A program made the translations under genes and the position numbers. Positions 19,313 through 28,009 of a stretch of DNA of 64,000 bases are shown one piece after another. The notes under the pieces were generated by a model that did not search any database, had not been told where the DNA came from, and saw only the letters and a program-made list of their open reading frames with translations. The DNA is taken from the NCBI GenBank assembly GCA_027046625.1, contig JALTXX010000016.1, forward strand, positions 32,001 to 96,000. Direction: 5' to 3'. This stretch comes from Candidatus Micrarchaeota archaeon (GTDB taxonomy: Archaea; Iainarchaeota; Iainarchaeia; JAADDC01). The stretch's first letter is position 1, and the number at the start of each line of letters is the position of its first letter.

Positions 19313-20988
19313 GCACTCTCAACCTCCAGTTTCTTCATAAGCTCCTCTAGTCTCTTGTATCTCTCTTCTAGGAGGGATTTTAGAGTACTTTCTACCACTT
19401 TTTCATCCTTTCCTGTTAGGGTAGCCAGACCTTTGGATAAAAATGGTAGATAATGTTCTAAGATCTTCTTCTTTTGCATAAGCTCATTGATGCTGTGTAC
19501 TTTTGATGTATACTCCTTTAGCTTTCTTCCAGCCTCCATAAGGGCCTGCCTTATCTCGTTGTACACCTCCGGTACATCTGCTATGGCCTGTTTTCCTGCT
19601 GTGGTATAAGGTATGTGGGTTGATGAGATGTTTACCATGATAACTACAGGGGCATTGAAGACATCCACGCCGTATCTGTTCCAATCAATACTTTTTACCG
19701 CTTCTGTAATGGCACACCCCCCGCTATCAAATAGGAGCGGCACCCTGTTGGCAAACCTCATAAGTTCAAAGTTTTCAATCTTTCCTCCAACTGCTATTCC
19801 AACCTCTACCTGGAAGGGGATACCTCCGTAGTATACTTTTGGCTTTCTCTCTACCACAGACACAAACGATGGTTTTAGGTTTGCCTTTAGGGAAGTTTTG
19901 ATGCGTTCCTTCCCAATGGGTATGAGTACATCTGTGCTAGGACCTCTTATTTTTACCTCTTTTAGAATATTAAGTAGATTCTTAGCCTTCTCTTCATCTA
20001 TCTCCTTACCTAAAACCTTTTTGAGCATTTCAATACCTTCTTTTTCATCAAAATCTCTCTTCTTTTCTGCCATTGTTCTTAGCAGCCTAAAGAGCATTAC
20101 GATCCTTTCTGCCTCCTCCCATGTTAGTTCTTGAGGAGGTTTGTTTAGCTCTCTAGGGAGAATATGCAACATAGATATGATAGCTTTGCTACCTATGCCG
20201 TGAAGATGAGAGGTGATCATGCGAGCTACTGTTTTGCTCTTTGCTATCCTGCTAAGGGAGAAAATGTCATCTGTTGTGATACCAAATGGATGAGGCTTTG
20301 CCTCTATACCTATCTTTACAGGTTCGAAGGTACTTCTCTCAAAGGTGGTAATCTTTCCGTCGGGCTCTGTAAATCTTATAGTGACATGGGGGTTGGCCAA
20401 AGCTGTCCTTCTGAGATACTCATATACGGAGTATTTTCCTCTGTTGTATTCCACCTCCTTTAGCTCTACGATTACCTCTGTACCTCTGAAATCCCCTGGA
20501 TAGTGCCTTTTAGACTTTACATCAGGCTCGTTCTTTGTTACATCTACCATTACCTCCATTTCCCATACCGTTCCATCCCCTGTAGAGGTGATAATCTTCA
20601 CTGGCTTACCTGTGGTAATCTGGGAAAATAGTGTTACACCTGCAGCCCCGATACCTTGTTGACCCCTAGTCTGTATCATTCTATGGAACTTTGTGCCGGC
20701 GAGAAGTTTTCCAAACACCCTTGGAGCTATGTGGGGAGGAATACCAGGGCCATTATCCTTTACCGTTAGCCTATAATGCTCATCTCCCAACCTTTCCAGC
20801 GAAACAGATATATCCGGCAGTATACCAACCTCTTCACATGCATCCAATGAGTTGGTTACAAGTTCATGAACTGCGGTAGTAAGTGATCGTACCTTTCCTG
20901 AGTAGCCTAGCATGTGTTTGTTTTTCTTGAAAAACTCTGCCACAGAGTGCTCCTTAAACTCTTTGAATATGTCTGTGCCCTCAGGCAT
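19309..20988 (-). CDS. top6B: DNA topoisomerase VI subunit B
   Basis: HELVTNSLDA, DNGPGI and RGQQGIG GHKL motifs; RFANRVPLL. Confidence 0.97.
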   Translation of the reverse strand: MPEGTDIFKEFKEHSVAEFFKKNKHMLGYSGKVRSLTTAVHELVTNSLDACEEVGILPDISVSLERLGDEHYRLTVKDNGPGIPPHIAPRVFGKLLAGTKFHRMIQTRGQQGIGAAGVTLFSQITTGKPVKIITSTGDGTVWEMEVMVDVTKNEPDVKSKRHYPGDFRGTEVIVELKEVEYNRGKYSVYEYLRRTALANPHVTIRFTEPDGKITTFERSTFEPVKIGIEAKPHPFGITTDDIFSLSRIAKSKTVARMITSHLHGIGSKAIISMLHILPRELNKPPQELTWEEAERIVMLFRLLRTMAEKKRDFDEKEGIEMLKKVLGKEIDEEKAKNLLNILKEVKIRGPSTDVLIPIGKERIKTSLKANLKPSFVSVVERKPKVYYGGIPFQVEVGIAVGGKIENFELMRFANRVPLLFDSGGCAITEAVKSIDWNRYGVDVFNAPVVIMVNISSTHIPYTTAGKQAIADVPEVYNEIRQALMEAGRKLKEYTSKVHSINELMQKKKILEHYLPFLSKGLATLTGKDEKVVESTLKSLLEERYKRLEELMKKLEVESA

Positions 20989-21018
20989 GGATCATCTCTC
21001 TTATTTGAAGAGAAATTA

Positions 21019-21630
21019 TTAAATATCCCCTCTCTCTTCCTTTTCCCATATGCCAAACTTGCTATATATTTTTTCCATGGTTTCTCTCCTCTTTTCATTC
21101 TCCAACTCCCTGAATACCACCGTATGAGGACTCCCATCAACTATCAGCCTATTTATAGCTCTCTTTGCAAGCTCTATAGCTTCAAAGGTGCCTATGATAG
21201 ATACTGTGTTACCATATATCCTTATGTTTGTATCTGTAAGCTCCTCTAACCTCTTTCTTGCCGAGCCCTTGCTACCTATGAGACGGGCTCTCTGCCGGGG
21301 GATGGCATGCCTCCCCAGCACCTCCTTCAGGTTGATAATCTCAAGGTATACATCGTCCCTGAAGAGGTTGAGGGCCGTGTCTGGGTCAAAGCCTCTGCCT
21401 ATTGCCTTCACAACCCTAACAGCGTTCAGAAAATTTATAGGATCGGTTCCTTTCCCGCCCTTTACTGTTACTTCCCCACTCTTGGAATCTATCCGTATTC
21501 TTACATCTGCAAGATTCTCTATTCTTTTCTTAACCTTCCCTTTTTTACCTATTAATACTCCTATTCTTTCCCTTGGAATTCTCACAGATTCTTCCATTCC
21601 CTCTTCTCCATACATGAAGTCTTCCTCCAC
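21019..21630 (-). CDS. KH-domain ribosome biogenesis protein (Pno1/Dim2)
   Basis: Two KH GxxG loops (IGKKG, IGSKG); KAIGRGF. Confidence 0.92.
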   Translation of the reverse strand: MEEDFMYGEEGMEESVRIPRERIGVLIGKKGKVKKRIENLADVRIRIDSKSGEVTVKGGKGTDPINFLNAVRVVKAIGRGFDPDTALNLFRDDVYLEIINLKEVLGRHAIPRQRARLIGSKGSARKRLEELTDTNIRIYGNTVSIIGTFEAIELAKRAINRLIVDGSPHTVVFRELENEKRRETMEKIYSKFGIWEKEERGDI

Positions 21631-21683
21631 AAACTATCCAATGTATGCATCACTTTTTTAACCCACCCATCCCTATTACATTC

Positions 21684-23984
21684 ATGTCCTATTCCATTAT
21701 TTCACCCCTCCTCATTATCCTCATCGTAGTAGCCTCCTCCCTCTTCCTCTACAACACCGTCATCTCCTCTCTCCAACCCATCCAGTCCACTCCTTCCTTC
21801 GTTCCACTAATCATCGAAGAATACAAACAGGAGGGCAACCTTCTCACCCTCTACATCAGAAACCCCTCAAACACCTCAGCCTCCCTCCCCTACATCCTCG
21901 TCAAAACAGAAGAAGGGATAACAAAGATTGACCTCAACGCCACCATCCCCCCAAACTCCTCCCAGCCCATCACGGTAGAGCTCCCCTCCACTACATCCCA
22001 AGAGATAGAGGTATCCCTTGGAGGAAGCACCTCCTACCAGGTCCAGATAGAGCCTACAACTTCACTGTCAGCTCTATTCTGCCCTATCCTACCTCCAGAC
22101 TGCACAGACCCCAACTCTCCCTGTGCAGGCACCGGCTGTTTAGCCTCGTATCCAAAGATCTTAGGAACTTATACATTTCCTACTAATGTTGCGCACGATA
22201 TGGCTCTTCATCCAGAAAGAAACCTGGCCTTCGTAGTCAACGGATATTCAGGCCTCCTCACCATCAACTACACAAATCCTTCCTCCCCAACATTAGAAGG
22301 AAACTATGACACCCCAGGCTATGCCCAGAGTGTAGCCCTTGATACCCAGAAGAACTTGGCCTTTGTAGCAGATAGATCATCAGGCCTCCTCATAATAAAT
22401 TACGCTATTCCATCTTCTCTTACCTTAGAAGGTAATTACAATACTTCTGGCGACGCTCTAGGAGTAGCCCTCCTCCCAGAAAAGAACCTCGCCTTCGTAG
22501 CCGACGGACTTTCAGGCCTCCTCATCATAAATTATACCAACCCCGCTAACCCTGTATTAGAAGGCAACTACAACACTCCAGGAACAGCTATCTCTGTGGC
22601 TCTCGATCCCGAAAAAAACCTTGCCTTTGTAATCGATGGCAATTTACAAATTGTTGACTACACCAACCCATCATCTCCAACCCTGGTAGGAAGCTATGCC
22701 ACCCCAGATAATGCATTTTCGGCTGCCTTACTTCCCGGGATGAATATAGCTTTTGTGGTGGTTGGTTACTCCGGTATTCTTATTATCGATTACACAGACC
22801 CCACAAACCCCACTTTAATTTCTGAGCATAACACTTTAAGCCCAGCGATTGATGTGGTTCTATCTCCAGAGAGTAACACCGCGTTTGTAGGCACCTACGA
22901 CTCTGTCATTGTTATAGATTATACAGATCCGGCAAATCCTGTAGTAGAGAAGAATTTCTTTATTAGTATAAATTACTCCATAGCCTTTTCTTCAGACAGG
23001 AACCTTTTATTTACGGGCTCATTCCATCAGATTAACATCATTGATTACTCGCAGCCTGACACTGCCCCATCGCTCCTTACTAACTACCCTATAAGCATAA
23101 TAACAAGGGGTACGGCAGTAGGAGTCATCCTCCTATCAGAGAAAAACCTTGCCTTTGTAGCCGACAGGGACTCAAACTATGTCCTCATCATAAACTACAC
23201 CGATCCTACAACCCCTATTTTAGAAGGCAACTACAACACTCCAGGAACAGCTATCTCTGTGGCTCTCGATCCCGAAAAAAACCTCGCCTTTGTAATCGAT
23301 GGCAATTTACAAATTGTTGACTACACCAACCCATCATCTCCAACCCTGGTAGGAAGCTATGCCACCCCAGGATATGCCCAGAGTGTAGCCCTTGATACCC
23401 AGAAGAACTTGGCCTTCGTGGCGGATAGTACCGCAGGTCTTCTAATAATCAGCTATACAGATCCTACCAGCCCTACTCTGGTAGGAAGCTATAGCGTACC
23501 ATACTATGCTGCTGGTGTTGCTCTCCTCCCAGAAAAGAACTTGGCCTTCGTAGCCGACGGACCTTCAGGCCTCCTCATCATAAATTATACCAACCCCGCT
23601 AACCCTGTATTAGAAGGCAACTACAACACTCCAGGATATGCTGAAGACGTAGCCATAGATATAGAAAGAAATCTGGCCTTTGTAGCAGACAATGAAGCAG
23701 GTGTTCAAATAATAGACTATACTATCTCCTCCTCCCCAGTAATAGCAGGATCCTACGACACCCCGGGCTACGTATTCAATGTAGCCCTCCTCCCAGAAAA
23801 GAACTTGGCCTTCGTAGCCGACGGACCTTCAGGCCTCCTCATCATCAACTACACTAACCCATCATCTCCAACCCTAGTAGCAAGATCGTATCCAGCGTCA
23901 ACAGATGTAGCATTGGATGGAAACCTGTTGTTTGTTGCTGGAGGAAACCTTTACGTTCTAAACATCTGCAACTGTTTGACTTAA
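21684..23984 (+). CDS. Pilin-like N-terminus fused to an LVIVD-repeat beta-propeller; candidate adhesin
   Basis: MSYSIISPLLIILIVV N-terminus, pilin-like strands LIIEEY...LYIRNPS, Cys linker, then many ~42-45 aa repeats (NLAFVADG.SGLLIINYTNP..P.L.G.Y.TPG). Confidence 0.82.
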   Translation: MSYSIISPLLIILIVVASSLFLYNTVISSLQPIQSTPSFVPLIIEEYKQEGNLLTLYIRNPSNTSASLPYILVKTEEGITKIDLNATIPPNSSQPITVELPSTTSQEIEVSLGGSTSYQVQIEPTTSLSALFCPILPPDCTDPNSPCAGTGCLASYPKILGTYTFPTNVAHDMALHPERNLAFVVNGYSGLLTINYTNPSSPTLEGNYDTPGYAQSVALDTQKNLAFVADRSSGLLIINYAIPSSLTLEGNYNTSGDALGVALLPEKNLAFVADGLSGLLIINYTNPANPVLEGNYNTPGTAISVALDPEKNLAFVIDGNLQIVDYTNPSSPTLVGSYATPDNAFSAALLPGMNIAFVVVGYSGILIIDYTDPTNPTLISEHNTLSPAIDVVLSPESNTAFVGTYDSVIVIDYTDPANPVVEKNFFISINYSIAFSSDRNLLFTGSFHQINIIDYSQPDTAPSLLTNYPISIITRGTAVGVILLSEKNLAFVADRDSNYVLIINYTDPTTPILEGNYNTPGTAISVALDPEKNLAFVIDGNLQIVDYTNPSSPTLVGSYATPGYAQSVALDTQKNLAFVADSTAGLLIISYTDPTSPTLVGSYSVPYYAAGVALLPEKNLAFVADGPSGLLIINYTNPANPVLEGNYNTPGYAEDVAIDIERNLAFVADNEAGVQIIDYTISSSPVIAGSYDTPGYVFNVALLPEKNLAFVADGPSGLLIINYTNPSSPTLVARSYPASTDVALDGNLLFVAGGNLYVLNICNCLT
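22557..22707 (+). repeat. Intragenic direct repeat, copy 1 (151 bp; copy 2 at 23220-23370)
   Basis: TTAGAAGGCAACTACAAC...GCCACCCCAG recurs 663 bp downstream; one mismatch seen. Confidence 0.9.
23220..23370 (+). repeat. Intragenic direct repeat, copy 2
   Basis: Near-identical to 22557-22707. Confidence 0.9.
23523..23636 (+). repeat. Intragenic direct repeat (114 bp) of 22470-22583
   Basis: CTCCTCCCAGAAAAGAAC...CAACACTCCAGGA with few mismatches; offset 1053 bp. Confidence 0.88.
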
Positions 23985-24931
23985 TGCTTTTTTAGCTTTA
24001 GGATGAGGGAGTGGTATTTGTATGTTTTGTCCAGCATTTCAAGGTATCTTTGAAGAATCGCTGCCATGGCCCTTCTCTTCGTGTTTTTGTCCCTTATCTT
24101 TTCAAGAGTGGATTCCATAAACTCTGAGAGAGCTGGGGTGGAGAAAAGATGCCATAAAATCTCAACCTTATCCTCAATGTTTTTATCAGGCCTGAATCTG
24201 CCCTCAATAGTGTCTTTAACAGCCTTCTTCAGCTCCTCCTCTATGGATTCCCTGTATTTGTGTGGAGTGTAGGGAGCTTCCTCGCAGCGACCTTCCTCTC
24301 TGCACTCCTTTATCATGCGTTCAAATTCCTCTCTCCCCTCAAAGAAGGCTAGAGGTTTGTTCTTTGGTGCTACCTGGGGCAGCATGTAGCCCTCCTCCTT
24401 AGTGAGGGGCATGTAATTCCACACCACCTCTATGGGGGTGTTGTACTTCTCTTCTATTTCTCTGACGATGCGGGCCACCTTTTCAGAATCCTTTAGGTTG
24501 TCCACCACAATGAGCAGATCAAGATCATCTACCATGCCTATATCAGGAACGTCTCTCATTTTCACGGGAACCCCATACATATTCATGGTAAGGGTACCCC
24601 CTCTAACTGCAAATACCTTTAGATTCTTTCCCAACGCCTTTTTTACTTTGTTGTAAACCTCTATGGCAGTTTTTAGATGTTTCTTGTAAAGATCTGCGTA
24701 CACGGTAGCCCCTTCCTTTACAATATCCCCTTTCAGATTCTTCATGACGGCGTCTTTCTTTGCAGCCGTTCTAATGGGGTATCCCTTCCTGAGCTCCTGC
24801 TCTCCTTTCTTATTTATGTAGTAATATCCATGACCTATATTTTCTAGTTCTTTCCAGAATTCCTCAAATATGAAGGGTTTACCTCTTTCTCTCAATCTTT
24901 TGGCAGCCTTCTCCCACGGATGTATCTCCAT
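23981..24931 (-). CDS. Hypothetical protein with a pol-beta-like nucleotidyltransferase motif
   Basis: FAVRGGT...DDLDLLIVV and IEVV resemble the hG[GS]...DhD motif; the rest is unrecognised. Confidence 0.5.
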   Translation of the reverse strand: MEIHPWEKAAKRLRERGKPFIFEEFWKELENIGHGYYYINKKGEQELRKGYPIRTAAKKDAVMKNLKGDIVKEGATVYADLYKKHLKTAIEVYNKVKKALGKNLKVFAVRGGTLTMNMYGVPVKMRDVPDIGMVDDLDLLIVVDNLKDSEKVARIVREIEEKYNTPIEVVWNYMPLTKEEGYMLPQVAPKNKPLAFFEGREEFERMIKECREEGRCEEAPYTPHKYRESIEEELKKAVKDTIEGRFRPDKNIEDKVEILWHLFSTPALSEFMESTLEKIRDKNTKRRAMAAILQRYLEMLDKTYKYHSLILKLKKH

Positions 24932-24980
24932 GTTTCTACAATGTCATGGATCTTTAAATGCTCTTGCCATAACTTTCTTT

Positions 24981-25064
24981 GCCGGGGTGGCCGAGCGGTC
25001 CAAGGCGCCGGACTCGAGATCCGGTGGGATCACTCCCGCGCGGGTTCAAATCCCGCCCCCGGCG
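24981..25064 (+). tRNA. tRNA-Ser (anticodon CGA)
   Basis: GCCGGGG/CCCCGGC acceptor stem; CCGGA-CT-CGA-GA-TCCGG anticodon arm; long variable arm GGGA-TCAC-TCCC; G discriminator. Confidence 0.96.
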
Positions 25065-25067
25065 CTG

Positions 25068-25136
25068 TTAAGCTTCCACAGTATCACATACTCTTATCCC
25101 CTTCCCTATAAGACAGATCTTCATCTCCAACGCTTC
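25068..25136 (-). pseudogene. 3' relic of a third pilin-lectin paralog
   Basis: Translates EALEMKICLIGKGIRVCDTVEA*, matching the C-termini KLKICLIGEGVNVCDTVKV* and DVRVCLVGKGLRVCDTTAT*. Confidence 0.85.
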
Positions 25137-25335
25137 GCTCTTTGATTTTTTCCCACTTCAGGGTATTTACTCTACCAGATAGGACCTCTCTTAGGCGCTC
25201 CTCGAGTTCTTTCCCACGGGTTTCTTCCTCTTTCTCAAATAGCAGGTCTACAAAAGTGTTGAATATTTCTTCCAAGTTAGTAATTCGTGTCTCCAGTTAC
25301 TCGATCCTCTTCTCTAACGTGGTAGCCTTCTCCAT
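25137..25335 (-). pseudogene. Small antitoxin-like gene with internal stop, fused out of frame to the pilin relic
   Basis: MEKATTLEKRIE*LETRITNLEEIF...EERLREVLSGRVNTLKWEKIKE with TAA at 25299-25297; the coiled coil and 'G....WE.IK' end resemble archaeal RelB-type antitoxins. Confidence 0.5.
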
Positions 25336-25401
25336 GTTAAGAACTTACCCTATTCTACATTTAAACCTCTTCTATCACAGCCGAAATCTTGGTGGAGAAT
25401 G

Positions 25402-26268
25402 TCAAGTGGCAGTAGTATCACAAACTCTTAGCCCCTTCCCTACAAGACACACCCTAACATCAATGAACTGAAAACCTGTTTTGGAGGGAATCGCCTGAAG
25501 TGTACAACTTGCACTCCCGCCTGGGGAAACAGGAAGGATAGTATCGCATTTTACAACCGGTATGTAGAGGGACCGTACAGTACCTCCTATGTTTACATCA
25601 ACCCTGATTGGTTCTCCAATCCTCTTTGAGGCAACTGTATAACCAGATAATGTCTCTATCCTAAGCGTTAAACTTCCAAGGATCAAATTCCTTGTAGAAG
25701 AATGATTAGACACAGTAAACCCAATTCCGATCTTCTCACATATGAAGGGAAGAGGTACGGACCCATTTCTATCATCCCATCCCGTGGATGTTATGACGGC
25801 AACATCCTCCCCGTTAGCATCATCTGGCTTGCCACCCATCCAAAAATCACCCACTATAGGATCTCCCGTAATGTACTTCCACCCACCATCTGGCTCTGAA
25901 GATTCAGGGGATTGGTACACCCCTATGTATGCTGCACTCCACCCCTTAGAGCTAACAATATTTTTCAGCACATTGTTTTGACCATCCGTTCTGGGAGTGG
26001 CAAGAAACATACCCCTCTCTTTACAGTAATTAAATGCATCTACCCAGTTCATGGGGGTAGAAACAGGCAGGTAATAGTGCAAATAATAGCTAGCAATTCC
26101 TGGTGGACCTACCTCTTTATAGGCTTCAAGCGACACCCCTATGGGAGAGGTATCCTCAGCTGTAGTCTGCTCAGAAAGTTTTGCCACACCCATGTATATG
26201 ATTATCCCAAGTGCCAGTACTGTAGCTATGAGGAGGAGTGTTGCCACAATGGGTGAGATGCCTCTCAT
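25402..26268 (-). CDS. Type IV pilin-like protein with inserted C-type lectin domain (paralog 2)
   Basis: Class III signal MRG|ISPIVATLLLIA; CTLD motifs NWVDAFNYC, FLA, AYIGV, FW..GKPDD, EDVA, WDD, PFICEK. Confidence 0.88.
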   Translation of the reverse strand: MRGISPIVATLLLIATVLALGIIIYMGVAKLSEQTTAEDTSPIGVSLEAYKEVGPPGIASYYLHYYLPVSTPMNWVDAFNYCKERGMFLATPRTDGQNNVLKNIVSSKGWSAAYIGVYQSPESSEPDGGWKYITGDPIVGDFWMGGKPDDANGEDVAVITSTGWDDRNGSVPLPFICEKIGIGFTVSNHSSTRNLILGSLTLRIETLSGYTVASKRIGEPIRVDVNIGGTVRSLYIPVVKCDTILPVSPGGSASCTLQAIPSKTGFQFIDVRVCLVGKGLRVCDTTAT

Positions 26269-26326
26269 CCTAACGAAAAAAAAACGATGAATAAATACCT
26301 TTCGGCCAGAGGTCGTTATGTATAAT
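26241..26326 (-). promoter_or_regulatory. Duplicated promoter and 5' end of the pilin-lectin gene, copy A
   Basis: 45 bp identical to 27941-27985; BRE/TATA CGAAAGGTATTTATT; T9 tract between TATA and ATG; shared upstream 12-mer ATTATACATAAC. Confidence 0.85.
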
Positions 26327-26360
26327 AACCCCTTATATACATCCCCTCCCATTTAATAGC

Positions 26361-26684
26361 ATGGAACCCCTTTCCACCATTAAGCGAATAATAGAGGAGG
26401 AAGCCTCCCGCCTCAACATAAAAATAGAGAGGATTATCCTCTTTGGAAGCAGAGCAAAGGGAACAGAGAGAAAGGATAGTGACTATGACATTCTAGTAAT
26501 TACTCAGCATCCTGTAAGCAGACACCTTATGTATAAATTCCACTCTAACATTAGAATAAGGTTGTACAAACTTCTGGGGAGAGAGGTGGATATTATCGTT
26601 GTAGATAGGGACTGGTTTAAGCGGAGGAGTAGATTATGGGGAAGCGTGGAATACGCAGCGGCAAGGGAAGGAATGGTGGTGTGA
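26361..26684 (+). CDS. Minimal nucleotidyltransferase (MNT) antitoxin
   Basis: ILFGSRAKG...DSDYDILV and VDII motifs. Confidence 0.92.
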   Translation: MEPLSTIKRIIEEEASRLNIKIERIILFGSRAKGTERKDSDYDILVITQHPVSRHLMYKFHSNIRIRLYKLLGREVDIIVVDRDWFKRRSRLWGSVEYAAAREGMVV

Positions 26685-27064
26685 GTATTGTATGTGAGTG
26701 GTTGGAAAGAGCTAATAGAGACCTGAAAGCGTCTAAGTTACTCCTAGAGGAAGGATTATACGAGGAGTCAACCTTTCATTCCCAACAGGCTGTAGAAAAA
26801 GCCCTGAAGGCACTCCTTTTGGCTGTAAGGATCTTACCGCCAAGGACCCATAGCATAGAGCGGTTGTTGAGTATGCTAGAGGAGAAGATTGATGTTTCTT
26901 GGGCGTATGAGATGCACTTGCCAGCACTAACCTACTATGCCATAGAGGTGAGATACCCGTCCCCTCCTGTATCTGAGGAGGAGGCAATAGATATGCTAGA
27001 TATAGCAAGAAAAGCGATTGAAAGGGTGAAACTAATCTTGAAAGAGAAGAAAATACAATGCTAG
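26681..27064 (+). CDS. HEPN-domain protein, partner of the MNT
   Basis: WLERA.RDL, FHSQQAVEKALKALL, RTHSI and RYP motifs; GTGA overlap with the MNT stop. Confidence 0.92.
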   Translation: MSIVCEWLERANRDLKASKLLLEEGLYEESTFHSQQAVEKALKALLLAVRILPPRTHSIERLLSMLEEKIDVSWAYEMHLPALTYYAIEVRYPSPPVSEEEAIDMLDIARKAIERVKLILKEKKIQC

Positions 27065-27066
27065 AT

Positions 27067-27948
27067 CTATACCTTCACCGTATCACACACATTTACCCCT
27101 TCTCCAATAAGGCAAATCTTCAACTTGGATACCTCATAATCTACCTCCTTTAGAGGAAACGCCCAGAGAGAGCACGAGGCACTTACATTGGGTGGCACAT
27201 CCCATCTATCACATTTTAGGCGGGGAACGCTAACCCCTCCTACTCTTGTATTATTTATGTCCACAGAAAACCAGCTGAGGGAGTCTGTCTTCACCGCTGC
27301 TAGCAGTCTATTGTTTAGTGCGTCATACACATGAACACTTACATTGGTGAGATTCAGAATGCCTTCAGAGGATACATTGGTAACCGTGAATCCAATCATA
27401 ATCTTTTCACACACAAAGGGAAATAACTCCGCTCCGCTATAGTCATGAAGACCATCTGACCTTATAGCCGCCACATCTTCAGCTGTGTTATCATCTGGCT
27501 GCCCACTTGCCCAGAATCCTTCCCCTATCAATCCCATTGCATCCCCCGTAACATAGTACCATCCCTTGTCTGGCTCAGAAGACCCAGGACTCTGGAATAC
27601 ACCCACCCATGCGGCTGTCCACCCCTTGGCTGCAAGGATATGCTTTATCTTATCGAGCTGCAGAAGGGACTTTGGAGCTGCAAGAAACATCCCCCTCTCC
27701 TTACAATAGTTAAACGCTCCTATCCAGTTCATTCCCGTAGAAACAGGCACATAGTACCTGAAGTAGCCAATGGATGCCCCTCGTGGTGGATAATCTAGGT
27801 ATGCCTCCATCACAACAGAGTATATCTGCCCCTGCTGGCCAGAGGTACCCTCCACCATCTGAGAAACACCCATATAGAGCAATGCTCCAATAGCAACAAC
27901 GATAGCAATCAACAGCACCGTTGCCACGATGGGTGAGATACCTCTCAT
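27067..27948 (-). CDS. Type IV pilin-like protein with inserted C-type lectin domain (paralog 1)
   Basis: Class III signal MRG|ISPIVATVLLIAIVVA; CTLD motifs NWIGAFNYC, AWVGV, FW..GQPDD, EDVA, LHD, PFVCEK. Confidence 0.9.
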   Translation of the reverse strand: MRGISPIVATVLLIAIVVAIGALLYMGVSQMVEGTSGQQGQIYSVVMEAYLDYPPRGASIGYFRYYVPVSTGMNWIGAFNYCKERGMFLAAPKSLLQLDKIKHILAAKGWTAAWVGVFQSPGSSEPDKGWYYVTGDAMGLIGEGFWASGQPDDNTAEDVAAIRSDGLHDYSGAELFPFVCEKIMIGFTVTNVSSEGILNLTNVSVHVYDALNNRLLAAVKTDSLSWFSVDINNTRVGGVSVPRLKCDRWDVPPNVSASCSLWAFPLKEVDYEVSKLKICLIGEGVNVCDTVKV

Positions 27949-28006
27949 CCTAACGAAAAAAAAACGATGAATAAATACCTTTCGGTTGGGAATTGTTATG
28001 TATAAT
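27921..28006 (-). promoter_or_regulatory. Duplicated promoter and 5' end of the pilin-lectin gene, copy B
   Basis: Direct repeat of 26241-26326 at an offset of 1680 bp. Confidence 0.85.
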
Positions 28007-28009
28007 TAT

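Noticed and set aside
26316-26342. dif/Xer-like inverted repeat TATAA-N7-TTATA
   Set aside because: The spacer is 7 nt rather than 6, the arms are imperfect, and the right arm is better explained as the TATA box of the MNT gene
25402-27948. Diversity-generating retroelement acting on the lectin genes
   Set aside because: No reverse transcriptase in the window, and no template/variable repeat pair differing only at adenines; the paralogs differ at all base types
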